A DNA stretch of 64,000 nt, taken from an uncultured Lachnospiraceae bacterium (lineage in GTDB: Bacteria > Bacillota > Clostridia > Lachnospirales > Lachnospiraceae). The notes below the pieces were generated by a model, which did not search any database, was not told the origin of the DNA, and was given only the letters and a program-made list of their open reading frames with translations. Shown piece by piece: positions 46,725 to 55,852 of this stretch (within the stretch, counting starts at the first letter, position 1; the number at the start of each line of letters is the position of its first letter). Location: positions 161,997 through 225,996 of the forward strand of contig CAKSBC010000001.1 in the NCBI GenBank assembly GCA_934438085.1. Direction: 5' to 3'. The position numbers and the translations under genes were made by a program.

Positions 46725-47717
46725 TCATATGAACTCAAATTCAGTACCAAGTCCGGCTTTGAGTGCTTTTTTGTATATGCATACTCCCATTGCAAGGTCT
46801 TGTATTCCCATTCCTACTGTGTCATATACTGTGATTTCTTCGTCGTTTTCTCTTCCTGCTTTTTGTCCGGTGATTATTTCTCCGATTTCTCCGTAGATAT
46901 CATCCTTTGTAATAACTCCGGCTTCGATTGCATTGTGTGTATCTCCGAACTGTGATGCCGCTTCTATGCTGTCATTTACTATTTTTGTGCCGTCAAAGCA
47001 GTTTGGATCAAGCTCCTGCTTACCCACAGCATCTGTTCCAATCTCTGTGATGTGTGTGCCAGGCTTAAGCCATTCTTTCTTAATAATAGGGCCTTTTCTT
47101 GCAAGTGTTACTGATACTATGATATCAGCCTTTCTTGCTCCTTCCTCAGGTGTCTCGCAGCCATAGAATTTAACATCCGGATATTCCTTTGACATTTCTG
47201 ATATAAATGCTTCATTATCCCCATCGAGCCATCCGAAGCAATAAACTTCCTTGATGTCTCTGATGCGCATTGTTGCTCTTAATGATGCCTTTCCGATACG
47301 TCCTGTACCGTATGCAAAGTATACAGATGCATCCTTTCTCGCAAGGTAATTATTTGCAATTGCCGCACTTGCCGCCGTGCGAAGATTTCTAATATAATTA
47401 GCTTCCATGATGCATGAGCATGCACTTGTCTCTGCATCAAAAAGATAAACTAAATTAAATCCAGGCAGCTGACCGATCTTAACATTGTCATCAAATCCGC
47501 CGGAGGATGATTTCATTGAGAAAAATCCCGAGCCCATATCAAGACAGGTTTTAAAATCAAATGTTGCATGTGAGTCAGGCTTATTAAGATGCTGAATGCC
47601 CGGCTGAATAACCAGTCCGTTGTTATATGAAGCATATCCGTCCTTGACAGCGTCGTATATTTCATCAAGGTCAACCAGCTGTCCTACTTCTGCATTGTTT
47701 AAAAGCAGCGTTTTCAT
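46725..47717 (-). CDS. Ornithine cyclodeaminase/mu-crystallin family protein (copy 2, paralog of 44491..45486)
   Basis: It aligns end to end with copy 1 with roughly seven in ten residues identical by eye. The start at MKTLLL is preceded by AGGGGG. Confidence 0.88.
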   Translation of the reverse strand: MKTLLLNNAEVGQLVDLDEIYDAVKDGYASYNNGLVIQPGIQHLNKPDSHATFDFKTCLDMGSGFFSMKSSSGGFDDNVKIGQLPGFNLVYLFDAETSACSCIMEANYIRNLRTAASAAIANNYLARKDASVYFAYGTGRIGKASLRATMRIRDIKEVYCFGWLDGDNEAFISEMSKEYPDVKFYGCETPEEGARKADIIVSVTLARKGPIIKKEWLKPGTHITEIGTDAVGKQELDPNCFDGTKIVNDSIEAASQFGDTHNAIEAGVITKDDIYGEIGEIITGQKAGRENDEEITVYDTVGMGIQDLAMGVCIYKKALKAGLGTEFEFI

Positions 47718-47954
47718 TCTTATCCCCCTTTTTTTCATCAGCCGTGTCCGCCAAGGGCACAGCAGTTTTATCCGGATCCATCATTGTTAATATCCCTATT
47801 TTTTATTATCCGTATAAAACGTTTAGCAGTTAAACACATAATACAATACATTTCTTATTTTTCATAGTCCAAAAATAATAAGTTCAAGTATTTTCCCCAA
47901 ACAATATTTGCGTCATTATGCTATATTAGTTTTAATACTGAGTTTTTGAGGTAA

Positions 47955-48884
47955 ATGATGATAGAACTTAAACAGCTACAATTTTTTACGGCATGTGTGG
48001 AGGAAGGCAGCTTCAGCAGAGCTGCCGAGATGCTCTATACCTCTCAGCCGAATGTAAGCAAGGTTATCAATGAGCTTGAAAAAGAAATAGGTATTAAGCT
48101 GTTTGAACGAGGCGGCCGCGGTGTTGAGCCTACCGAGGATGGCCGAAATCTCTATCAGTATGCTTATGAGATGATAAAAAAAGAACGAAGCATATCCAAC
48201 CTCATCAAGAGTAAAAATAAGGATATGCTCCGTGTATGCTTTAACCACAGCCGTTCACTCGCTCAGGTTCTGGCAGATTATTATGATTATAAATGCGGCA
48301 ACGTTTATATTAACATGCGTGAAGGCGACACAGATTTTGTTATGAATGATGTCCAGCATTTCAAAAGTGATATCGGCATGACCTTTATAATCGAAAAGCA
48401 GCTTCCTGCGTTTCAATATGCTTTGAGCCGTTCCGGTCTTGAAATGGAGATCATCAGAGAGGATCTGGCTCAGATAAGTATCGGTGAAAAGAATCATCTG
48501 AGCCGCATAAGAAGTATACGACTTGATAAATTGATTGATGAAAGCTTCGTAAGACATAGTGATGATTACTTTTCTCTTGAAAACGGCATCTGTATGCTTG
48601 AGCCAAGACTTAAGCCTGCCATTGATAACGCAATCGTGTCCAACAGCGTCCAGTTTGTCATAAATATGCTTACCGATGCCGGAAAATGCAATATCAGTGT
48701 TCCTACATTTTATAAAACCAAGCTTGCCTCCGGTGTCAGCCAGGTCAAGATCGATCCCCCTGTTAAGGTGTATCTTGTATGCATTTACAGATATAAGCCT
48801 GCCGACTTTGCTCTGGATTTTTTGAATTTTATAAAATCCCAGAGTCAGGCTCCGACCTATATGGATCCTGCTGAAAATATCTAA
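47955..48884 (+). CDS. LysR-family transcriptional regulator
   Basis: N-terminal HTH LKQLQFFTACVEEGSFSRAAEMLYTSQPNVSKVINELEKEIG. It is divergent from OCD copy 2. Confidence 0.9.
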   Translation: MMIELKQLQFFTACVEEGSFSRAAEMLYTSQPNVSKVINELEKEIGIKLFERGGRGVEPTEDGRNLYQYAYEMIKKERSISNLIKSKNKDMLRVCFNHSRSLAQVLADYYDYKCGNVYINMREGDTDFVMNDVQHFKSDIGMTFIIEKQLPAFQYALSRSGLEMEIIREDLAQISIGEKNHLSRIRSIRLDKLIDESFVRHSDDYFSLENGICMLEPRLKPAIDNAIVSNSVQFVINMLTDAGKCNISVPTFYKTKLASGVSQVKIDPPVKVYLVCIYRYKPADFALDFLNFIKSQSQAPTYMDPAENI

Positions 48885-48893
48885 GCACACACA

Positions 48894-48919
48894 AAAGCGG
48901 CTCCCTTAGGAACCGCTTT
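48894..48919. terminator. Hairpin terminating the tRNA cluster (minus) and the LysR gene (plus)
   Basis: Minus strand reads AAAGCGGTTCCTAAGGGAGCCGCTTTTGTGTG. Confidence 0.6.
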
Positions 48920-48934
48920 AAAAACAAATATGGA

Positions 48935-49020
48935 TGCCGGAGACCGGGGTCGAACCGGCACGAGTATCACTACTCACGGGATTTTAAGTCCCGGGCGTCT
49001 GCCAATTCCGCCACTCCGGC
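48935..49020 (-). tRNA. tRNA-Leu (anticodon TAA)
   Basis: Reverse complement is GCCGGAGTGGCGGAATTGGCAGACGCCCGGGACTTAAAATCCCGTGAGTAGTGATACTCGTGCCGGTTCGACCCCGGTCTCCGGCA. It folds as a cloverleaf with a long variable arm and anticodon loop CT-TAA-AA. Confidence 0.93.
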
Positions 49021-49035
49021 ATATAAATAAAAAAA

Positions 49036-49109
49036 TGGTTCCTCGGGGACTCGAACCCAGGACCGACCGGTTATGAGCCGGTTGCTCTAACCAACTGAGC
49101 TAAGGAACC
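49036..49109 (-). tRNA. tRNA with anticodon CAT (elongator Met or lysidine-modified Ile2; Ile2-like body)
   Basis: Reverse complement is GGTTCCTTAGCTCAGTTGGTTAGAGCAACCGGCTCATAACCGG...TTCGAGTCCCC..GGAACCA. The D-arm TAGCTCAGTTGGTTAGAGC resembles Ile-type tRNAs. Confidence 0.85.
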
Positions 49110-49143
49110 GTATAGTGTAAATGCAATCTTTATATTAGAAAAA

Positions 49144-49216
49144 AGCCGATAGGGGGACTCGAACCCTCAACCTGCTGATTACAAATCAGCTGCTCTGCCA
49201 ATTGAGCCATATCGGC
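49144..49216 (-). tRNA. tRNA-Thr (anticodon TGT)
   Basis: Reverse complement is GCCGATATGGCTCAATTGGCAGAGCAGCTGATTTGTAATCAGCAGGTTGAGGGTTCGAGTCCCCCTATCGGCT, with anticodon loop TT-TGT-AA. Confidence 0.92.
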
Positions 49217-49250
49217 TTAAGTGTTTGCTGTGCTTCCTGACAGCTTCTAA

Positions 49251-49279
49251 AGTATACTAAACCACAACCGGATTGTCAA
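49251..49279 (-). promoter_or_regulatory. Promoter of the three-tRNA operon
   Basis: Minus strand reads TTGACA (49274-49279), 17 nt, then TATACT (49251-49256). Confidence 0.6.
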
Positions 49280-49356
49280 CATTTTATTTCAACTTTTTTT
49301 AATTTTTTTGAGGAACTTTTTGAGGAGTTTTTTTGACTGTTTTTTTCTAAAAAGTA

Positions 49357-49398
49357 TTGACACCGATGTATCGGTGTGATAAATTGGTACTACCAATT
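49357..49398 (+). promoter_or_regulatory. GntR-gene promoter with an overlapping GntR-type operator palindrome
   Basis: TTGACA (49357-62), 17 nt ending TG-N, then TAAATT (49380-85). The palindrome AATTGGTACTACCAATT (49382-98) fits the FadR/GntR t-GT-N-AC-a operator pattern. A second palindrome, CACCGAT-GT-ATCGGTG, lies in the spacer. Confidence 0.5.
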
Positions 49399-49502
49399 GA
49401 AAATACCGTAACCCCTCTTACGGAAGGGAATGCCGCATACATGGTTTGTTCTGCTTAACCGTTATGCGGCATTTCTTTATACAAATCAGACAGGGAATAT
49501 AT

Positions 49503-50198
49503 ATGGACGAGAACATACGTGAATATCAAAAGGCTGTCCGCTTCCTCTGCGATGAGATACGCGGCGGAAGCATTAATGTAGGTGACAGGATCCCTACAGA
49601 AAGGTCTATTGCGCAGGAACTCAATATCAGCCGCAACTCCACAAGAGAGGCTATCCGCAGTCTTGAAAATATGGGTATCATAGAAAGTCACCGCGGCTCC
49701 GGTAATTATTATACCGGTAATGTATCAAAGCATCTTACCGAGATGATAAATACCCTGCTTTCGATCAAGCACATATCATATATCGATATAAGTAATTTTA
49801 GACGAATTATGGATAAGTCGGTATGCATGACAATAATTAACAGTGACAGCTTTGATCTTTCAACAGCCTACGAAATACTTGACCGTGTTCCTTCTTCTCT
49901 TGATGATGAAATTAAAAATGATACTGATTTTCATTTTCAGCTCAATCTGGCGTGCGGAAACAAGCTATGGTCAGAGCTTATGTCTGCAATAGTCTATGTT
50001 TACGAAAATCTTATCAGACTTATTCTTGAGAATTCTGACACAGAAAACCGAGCTGAATTTCAGGATATTCACAGATGCATTCTTGATTCGATTTCAAAAA
50101 AGGATTGGGAAGCATGTGAAAAAGCAATTGACAGACACTACGATGCCGTAAAAAAGGAATTGCTTACTCTTTCCTCTCAGAATGAAAATATTCAATAG
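49503..50198 (+). CDS. GntR-family (FadR/FCD-type) transcriptional regulator
   Basis: Winged HTH GDRIPTERSIAQELNISRNSTREAIRSLENMGIIESHRGSGNY plus a helical FCD-like C-terminus. The ATG at 49503 is preceded by AGGGAA. Confidence 0.88.
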   Translation: MDENIREYQKAVRFLCDEIRGGSINVGDRIPTERSIAQELNISRNSTREAIRSLENMGIIESHRGSGNYYTGNVSKHLTEMINTLLSIKHISYIDISNFRRIMDKSVCMTIINSDSFDLSTAYEILDRVPSSLDDEIKNDTDFHFQLNLACGNKLWSELMSAIVYVYENLIRLILENSDTENRAEFQDIHRCILDSISKKDWEACEKAIDRHYDAVKKELLTLSSQNENIQ

Positions 50199-50210
50199 CA
50201 TATATTTAAA

Positions 50211-50250
50211 GCCGAGCTGTTTTTTATCACAGCCCGGCCTTTTTCTTTTT
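50211..50250. terminator. Bidirectional terminator between the GntR and DMT genes
   Basis: GCCGAGCTG-N10-CAGCCCGGC followed by CTTTTTCTTTTT. Confidence 0.65.
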
Positions 50251-50275
50251 CCTTATCCGATCACTCAGTTTCTGA

Positions 50276-51205
50276 TCATTCAGTTTTCTTTCCGAAATTA
50301 ATATTGAGAATAAATACTATGCTTAATATCATTGCTGAACCTATGATATCCACAACAGTAACCTCTGTTTTTAACCAAAAATATGAAAATACTGTTGCTG
50401 CCACAGGCTCTATAGTTCCTATCATGCTTGCCTTTATCGGTCCGCACATAGTTACTCCCATGATATACATGGTATAAGCAAAGGTAGTGCCGAGTATAAC
50501 GACACCAAATATCGGAAGTATCATACTGCTGTCAATAACAACAGCCTGTCTGAAATTACCGCTTAACAGTCCGAACACTATTCCGCCTATAAGGAGTGCA
50601 TAGCCAACCACAGGTATATTTCCGTATTTTACGGTAAGATCTCCGGCAGTCATGGAATAAAGCACGATTCCGACTGCTGACATAAGTCCCCAGAACAGTC
50701 CCTTAGGCGATAATGCCAACGAACCCGGGTCTCCTTTTGTCGCAACAAGGAATGTGCCTCCTAAGGCCAATGCAACGCATAAAAGCTGTTTTTTTGTCGG
50801 AAGCTTTTTTGTCTGTATACATACTACAAATACGATAATCGCCGGGCTAACCTCCTGCAATACCGTTGCAGTTCCGGCACTAGAATAATAAATCGCTGTA
50901 AGATATGAATACTGGCTTACTAAAAATCCGCAGAATGTAAATATTATCAGCCTTAAGGCATCCTTTTTATTCTTCCATATCTCTGTAAGGCTCTTATTTT
51001 TCGTCAATATACAATAAGCTAACAGTATTATTCCGGAAACTGTCATTCTCACCATGACCATCCAACCGGACTGTATTCCTTTTTCACTGAATAAAAACTG
51101 TCCGCAGGTTCCCGAAAGTCCCCATAATGTACAACCGATTATCAGTATTATCGATCCAAGCTTATCCTTTTTTGCATTCTCTGTTTTATTCATTCCGGAC
51201 ATCAC
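50276..51205 (-). CDS. DMT-superfamily (EamA) transporter
   Basis: Ten predicted TM segments in two EamA-like halves. Confidence 0.8.
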   Translation of the reverse strand: MMSGMNKTENAKKDKLGSIILIIGCTLWGLSGTCGQFLFSEKGIQSGWMVMVRMTVSGIILLAYCILTKNKSLTEIWKNKKDALRLIIFTFCGFLVSQYSYLTAIYYSSAGTATVLQEVSPAIIVFVVCIQTKKLPTKKQLLCVALALGGTFLVATKGDPGSLALSPKGLFWGLMSAVGIVLYSMTAGDLTVKYGNIPVVGYALLIGGIVFGLLSGNFRQAVVIDSSMILPIFGVVILGTTFAYTMYIMGVTMCGPIKASMIGTIEPVAATVFSYFWLKTEVTVVDIIGSAMILSIVFILNINFGKKTE

Positions 51206-51293
51206 TGTTCTCCTCTTCTGAAAGTCAGCATGTCGATGATATCACACCTTAAGGGGCATTTACAAGCCAATAAACTGTTTAGAGTTTTTTCTA

Positions 51294-51322
51294 TACAAAA
51301 AGCGGCAGGTGCATTCTGCCGC
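51294..51322 (-). terminator. Terminator after the cytidylate-kinase-like gene
   Basis: Minus strand reads GCGGCAGAATGCACCTGCCGC followed by TTTTTGTAT. Confidence 0.75.
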
Positions 51323-51363
51323 TCATAATAACTTTTCTTATATAAACTTATCCTTCTATAAAA

Positions 51364-51954
51364 TTATCCTTCGTTAAAGATATTTTTAAGTATCTCTACG
51401 CAATTATCCTCTCCTACTGTTCCCGAATCAAGGCATACATGATAATTGAGAGCATCTCCGAAGGTCATATCTGTATAGATCTGATAGTAAGCCGCTCTGT
51501 GCTTATCCTTGTCCTTAAGACGTTTCTCAGGATCAATATCACTCTCTCCGTACATCTTAACTATACGCTCTGCACGATATTTATTATCAGCATGGACAAA
51601 CACCTTAAGAACATCATCTCTGTCTCCGAGCAGATAGTCTGCACAGCGTCCTACTATAACGCAGCTTTCCTTGTCTGCAAGCTCCTTGATATAGTTACTC
51701 TGTATCTGCCAGATCCTTTCTTCATTAGTAGGTCCGCTATATGACCAACGATTCATCATAGTGCCAAATATTCCGTTCGGTACATATTCGCTCTTCTCTG
51801 AGATATACTTTTTGTCAAAGCCGCTTTCCTCGGCGATCTGGTCTATGATCTCACGGTCATAGCATTTGATCCCGAGCTCATCCGCAAGCTTTTTTCCGAT
51901 TGTACGTCCGCCGCTTCCGAACTGTCTGCTTATGGTAATGATTCTGTAGCTCAT
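51364..51954 (-). CDS. Cytidylate kinase-like family protein
   Basis: The N-terminal ITISRQFGSGGRTIGKKLADELG P-loop variant is typical of this family. Confidence 0.8.
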   Translation of the reverse strand: MSYRIITISRQFGSGGRTIGKKLADELGIKCYDREIIDQIAEESGFDKKYISEKSEYVPNGIFGTMMNRWSYSGPTNEERIWQIQSNYIKELADKESCVIVGRCADYLLGDRDDVLKVFVHADNKYRAERIVKMYGESDIDPEKRLKDKDKHRAAYYQIYTDMTFGDALNYHVCLDSGTVGEDNCVEILKNIFNEG

Positions 51955-52107
51955 ATAAATGCCTCACTATATCATTTATTTCATCAAAGCATAAAACCAA
52001 AATGCTTTAATGATTAATTATATTGTACACTTTTTTGGCGAAAAATGCATTCTTTTTCCGCAATTTGCATAAATTCCTTGATAAAGCACTTTTCACATTA
52101 TCAGTGT

Positions 52108-53376
52108 TCAATAATCCACAAATGAAATATCCAGGTCAACGTCGCCCTCTATACCGTCAATACTTCCGCTGTCTGAATACTGTCTTAATGTATACTGATA
52201 AGGGTAATAGAATTCCGAATTATAGGCAGCGAGCCATTTATCATAGTCCTCAAGCTGTGTAAGATCCAGCATTAGAAGTGCACTTTCGATATTAAAATAT
52301 ATCATCGGCTTATAGCCTGCATCTTTAAGCTTTTCACAGTAATATTTAATAAGGCTGGTTCTTTCCTCAATACCAAGAGTATCCATACGACCTTCTCCGG
52401 CATTGGCCTCTTCTACATCTACAACGACAGGATAATCCACCTTATTCTCACCGACAAGTTCTTTAAGCATCGCTATCTCTTCATCTACCTCTGTCTCATT
52501 TACAGCCTGTGTAAATATATATACGCCTGCCTTTATCCCGTTCGCATCAGCTCCTACTATATTATTTTTAAATTTTTCATCCTCTACAAGCTTGCCTGAT
52601 GAATAGCCTCTGTACAATGCTCTTATCATAGCAAACTCAACTCCGCTTCCTTTGACCTTAGCCCAATCTATATCTCCCTGATGTGATGAAACGTCTATTC
52701 CCTTATGTGAGATTACCTTGTCTCCGTCTGTATATTGCCATTCTCCGTTTTCTGACTGCTTGAGATCCTCGGTCTTATAGTTGTGCTTCTTCAGACTGTC
52801 ATTTACAGGTGTGAATACATATCTTTTGTTCTTATATAAAATGAGATCATTCGGATAATATTTCCTGAGAGTTTCCATGACTGAATTTCCGCTTTCAAGC
52901 GAGCTTTTTATACCAAGCACAATTTTCTGATCGGCAGAAAGCGTATTGTCAGCAGCTATATCAGCTTCACTTCTTATAAAATTGCCGTACTCATCTGTTA
53001 CAGCCTCTGCCGAAGCATTTCCGGATGAAGCTGTATCTCCCGATGCCGCACTACCCTTACCTGTTTCCTGCGTTAAAGCTCCGTATATTAGTACTCCTGC
53101 AATAATCAGCATCAGCAGGATGAGAACTATCTTCAGAAAAATAAAGTTTTTATTTTTTTTAGGCTTTTGGGACGCATAACGAGCATTCTGACCGTTTGAC
53201 CTTACCGTCCTGCTGCCTGTGGAAGTTCGTACTCTGTTTCTGTCATTATTTCTGCCCTGCTCCGCATAGCGCACATTATCATCCTGCGAATAAGCGTTTG
53301 AACGCTGTGCATGGCTTCTTGATCTTATTCCCTGATATTCGTTGGGCTGATTTCCTCTGCCTCGCTGATCTGCCAT
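52108..53376 (-). CDS. GH25 family lysozyme (muramidase) with a disordered N-terminus and TM anchor
   Basis: GIDVSSHQGDIDWAKVKGSGVEFAMIRA is the GH25 catalytic signature. There is a basic N-terminus and one TM segment. Confidence 0.88.
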   Translation of the reverse strand: MADQRGRGNQPNEYQGIRSRSHAQRSNAYSQDDNVRYAEQGRNNDRNRVRTSTGSRTVRSNGQNARYASQKPKKNKNFIFLKIVLILLMLIIAGVLIYGALTQETGKGSAASGDTASSGNASAEAVTDEYGNFIRSEADIAADNTLSADQKIVLGIKSSLESGNSVMETLRKYYPNDLILYKNKRYVFTPVNDSLKKHNYKTEDLKQSENGEWQYTDGDKVISHKGIDVSSHQGDIDWAKVKGSGVEFAMIRALYRGYSSGKLVEDEKFKNNIVGADANGIKAGVYIFTQAVNETEVDEEIAMLKELVGENKVDYPVVVDVEEANAGEGRMDTLGIEERTSLIKYYCEKLKDAGYKPMIYFNIESALLMLDLTQLEDYDKWLAAYNSEFYYPYQYTLRQYSDSGSIDGIEGDVDLDISFVDY

Positions 53377-53467
53377 ATCTATCTCCGTATATCGTCAACT
53401 TTCATTTAACTGCAACATATATTTAAAGTATAACACAGCATGCAGTGTTGTTTATTTACAATTTACA

Positions 53468-53510
53468 TAAAAACTGCCGTATTAAGGTCATATGGCCTCA
53501 GTACGGCAGT
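53468..53510 (-). terminator. Terminator after lon
   Basis: Minus strand reads ACTGCCGTA-N20-TACGGCAGT followed by TTTTATGT. Confidence 0.7.
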
Positions 53511-53530
53511 AATTATCTGCGATATATGAT

Positions 53531-55804
53531 TTATTTAAGCTTCAGCTCCTTAAGCACATCCTCGACTTCATCTACAGGTATTATTTCAAGTGATTCCTTT
53601 ACCTCTTCGGCAACATCTCTCAGATCATCAATGTTGTCTTTTGGTATAAATACCTTCTTAACGCCTGCTCTGTGTGCAGCCATGAGCTTTTCCGGAAGAC
53701 CGCCTATAGGCTTGACTCTGCCCTGAAGTGATACCTCACCGGTCATTGCAGCCCTCGGAGTTACAGGTATGCCTGTAACAAGCGATGAAAGTGCTGTGGT
53801 AAGTGTAATTCCGGCAGACGGACCATCCTTAGGTGTAGCTCCGTCAGGCACATGTATATGAAGATCGTGGTCTTTGAACATTTCTGCCTTGTCCGGATAC
53901 ATGTTCTTTACAAGACTTACCGCAATGCGTGCGGACTCCTTCATAACATCTCCGAGCCTTCCGGTTATTATGATCTCTCCGCTGCCCTCCGTAAGCATGG
54001 TTTCTATAAACAGAACCGTTCCGCCTACACTTGTCCATGCAAGTCCGGTAACAACTCCCGGCTTTGCAGTATCTCCTACGGATTTAAGATGAATAGGATT
54101 AGTATCCATTATCTCCTTAAGATTGTTTTTTGTAACGCTGACGCTTTCTGCCTCACCGCTTACTATCTTGACCGCAGTCGCTCTGCATATCTGATCTATG
54201 CCCTTCTTAAGGCCTCTTACTCCGGATTCCATAGTATATTCACTTATGATCATATCTATAGCCTTATCACTGATTTTCAGCTTTCCGCGGCTTATTCCGG
54301 CAGTTTCCATAGACTTAGGAATAAGATGTCTTTTGGCTATCTCCAGCTTTTCTGTAGGTGTATATCCGTTAAAGCTTATGACCTCCATACGGTTTAAAAG
54401 CGGCTCCGGTATGGTATCTGTACTGTTGGCCGTGCACACAAACAGAACATCAGAAAGGTCATACGGCACATTGAGATAATGATCCGTAAAGTTAGCATTC
54501 TGCTCCGGATCAAGAACCTCTAAAAGAGCGCTTGCAGGATCTCCGTTATATGACTGTGAAAGCTTATCCACCTCATCAAGCACCATAACAGGATCGCTTG
54601 TACTGCATTTTCTGAGGCTGTCAATGATTCGTCCCGGCATAGCGCCGATATATGTTCGTCTATGGCCTCTTATATCTGACTCATCCTTGACTCCGCCGAG
54701 ACTTACTCTCACATACTCTCGTCCAAGCGCTCTCGCTATAGACTGACCTATGCTGGTCTTGCCTGTTCCCGGAGGGCCTACAAACAAAAGTATTGAGCCT
54801 GTCTGTACGCCTTTTAATTTCATTACGGCAAGCTGCTCAATGATTCTTTTCTTGACTTTTTTAAGCCCATAATGATTTTCATCCAATATTTCTGCGGCTT
54901 TTTTAAGATCTATGTCAGATGTTTCTTCCTTCTTCCACGGAAGTGCCACCAGGGTCTCCAGATAATCCGTAAGCATTCCTGTTTCAGCAGTGTTCATGGT
55001 CTCTGCCTTAAGGCGCTTAAGTATCCTTCTTCCTTCATTCTTGGCTGTTTCATTAATCTCCGATTCTTCGAGCTTGATCTCTATGCGTCTTAAATCGGAC
55101 ATGCTCTCAGGATGCATTTCATCCAGCTCCTTCTGCAAAAATTCCATCTGCTTTCTTATGGCATTTTCCTTATAGGTGCGCTGATACTCTGCCTCCTGAG
55201 CATTTTGAGCCTTAAGCTTGACCTTGATTATCTCAAGGTTCTCAAAGATTATTTTCTCGAGCATATCAAAACGCCTGCTCTGGCTGTCCTCTGCCAGTAT
55301 CTTATAGCGTTCCTCATTGGAAAGATCCAGCCACGGGGATATCGTTACTGCTACCTCTCCAATATTGCTCCAAGCATCTGAATAAGGTCTGAGAGAATGT
55401 TTCCACTCCATTTCCTCAGAAAACTTATTTATAGCCTCTTTTACTGCTGCAAATCTCGGCTTAGCCGACTCTTCATCAAGATCCTCAACATCCGGATGTC
55501 TGCGCACTTCTATGTCAATGCTTCTGTCCGGAAGCACCATGAGACTTTCTATATCCACTCGATTCATAAGATTTATCATCATAAATCCTGATTCGTTGAT
55601 ATCAGCGATCTCTCCGTTTATTCCGATCGGATAAAAGCTGTCGGCAGTGAGCTGTGTCTTGGTCACATCATTTTTTGCAACTGCAACCGTGACCTTATCT
55701 CCTATATGCGGTTCCCTGTTCACCATTGCCTTATAGGTATCTGTCTTGATGCAGAGTGCTGCATTCGGTGCAAGCAATATATTATAAACCGGTAATACTG
55801 CCAT
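53531..55804 (-). CDS. lon: Endopeptidase La (Lon protease)
   Basis: LON N-domain, AAA+ Walker A GPPGTGKTS, and a protease domain with PKDGPSAGITL (catalytic Ser) and ...TGEVSLQGRV. Confidence 0.96.
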   Translation of the reverse strand: MAVLPVYNILLAPNAALCIKTDTYKAMVNREPHIGDKVTVAVAKNDVTKTQLTADSFYPIGINGEIADINESGFMMINLMNRVDIESLMVLPDRSIDIEVRRHPDVEDLDEESAKPRFAAVKEAINKFSEEMEWKHSLRPYSDAWSNIGEVAVTISPWLDLSNEERYKILAEDSQSRRFDMLEKIIFENLEIIKVKLKAQNAQEAEYQRTYKENAIRKQMEFLQKELDEMHPESMSDLRRIEIKLEESEINETAKNEGRRILKRLKAETMNTAETGMLTDYLETLVALPWKKEETSDIDLKKAAEILDENHYGLKKVKKRIIEQLAVMKLKGVQTGSILLFVGPPGTGKTSIGQSIARALGREYVRVSLGGVKDESDIRGHRRTYIGAMPGRIIDSLRKCSTSDPVMVLDEVDKLSQSYNGDPASALLEVLDPEQNANFTDHYLNVPYDLSDVLFVCTANSTDTIPEPLLNRMEVISFNGYTPTEKLEIAKRHLIPKSMETAGISRGKLKISDKAIDMIISEYTMESGVRGLKKGIDQICRATAVKIVSGEAESVSVTKNNLKEIMDTNPIHLKSVGDTAKPGVVTGLAWTSVGGTVLFIETMLTEGSGEIIITGRLGDVMKESARIAVSLVKNMYPDKAEMFKDHDLHIHVPDGATPKDGPSAGITLTTALSSLVTGIPVTPRAAMTGEVSLQGRVKPIGGLPEKLMAAHRAGVKKVFIPKDNIDDLRDVAEEVKESLEIIPVDEVEDVLKELKLK

Positions 55805-55825
55805 CTATATCATCTCCTTTATCTG

Positions 55826-55852
55826 TCAGCACTCGTTTGCTACGAGTGACAG
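55826..55852. promoter_or_regulatory. Degenerate CIRCE-like inverted repeat in the lon leader
   Basis: TCAGCACTC-N9-GAGTGACAG compared with the CIRCE consensus TTAGCACTC-N9-GAGTGCTAA. The left arm matches 8/9 and the right arm 6/9. Confidence 0.3.

Noticed and set aside
48255-48890. A 211-aa minus-strand ORF covering most of the LysR gene.
   Set aside because: The plus-strand frame has an unmistakable LysR HTH and co-inducer domain. The antisense product has no recognisable motifs and no RBS, so it is an antisense artefact of an AT-rich gene.
53852-54397. A 181-aa plus-strand ORF and several shorter ones inside lon.
   Set aside because: They are antisense to the Lon AAA+/protease domains and show no independent signals.
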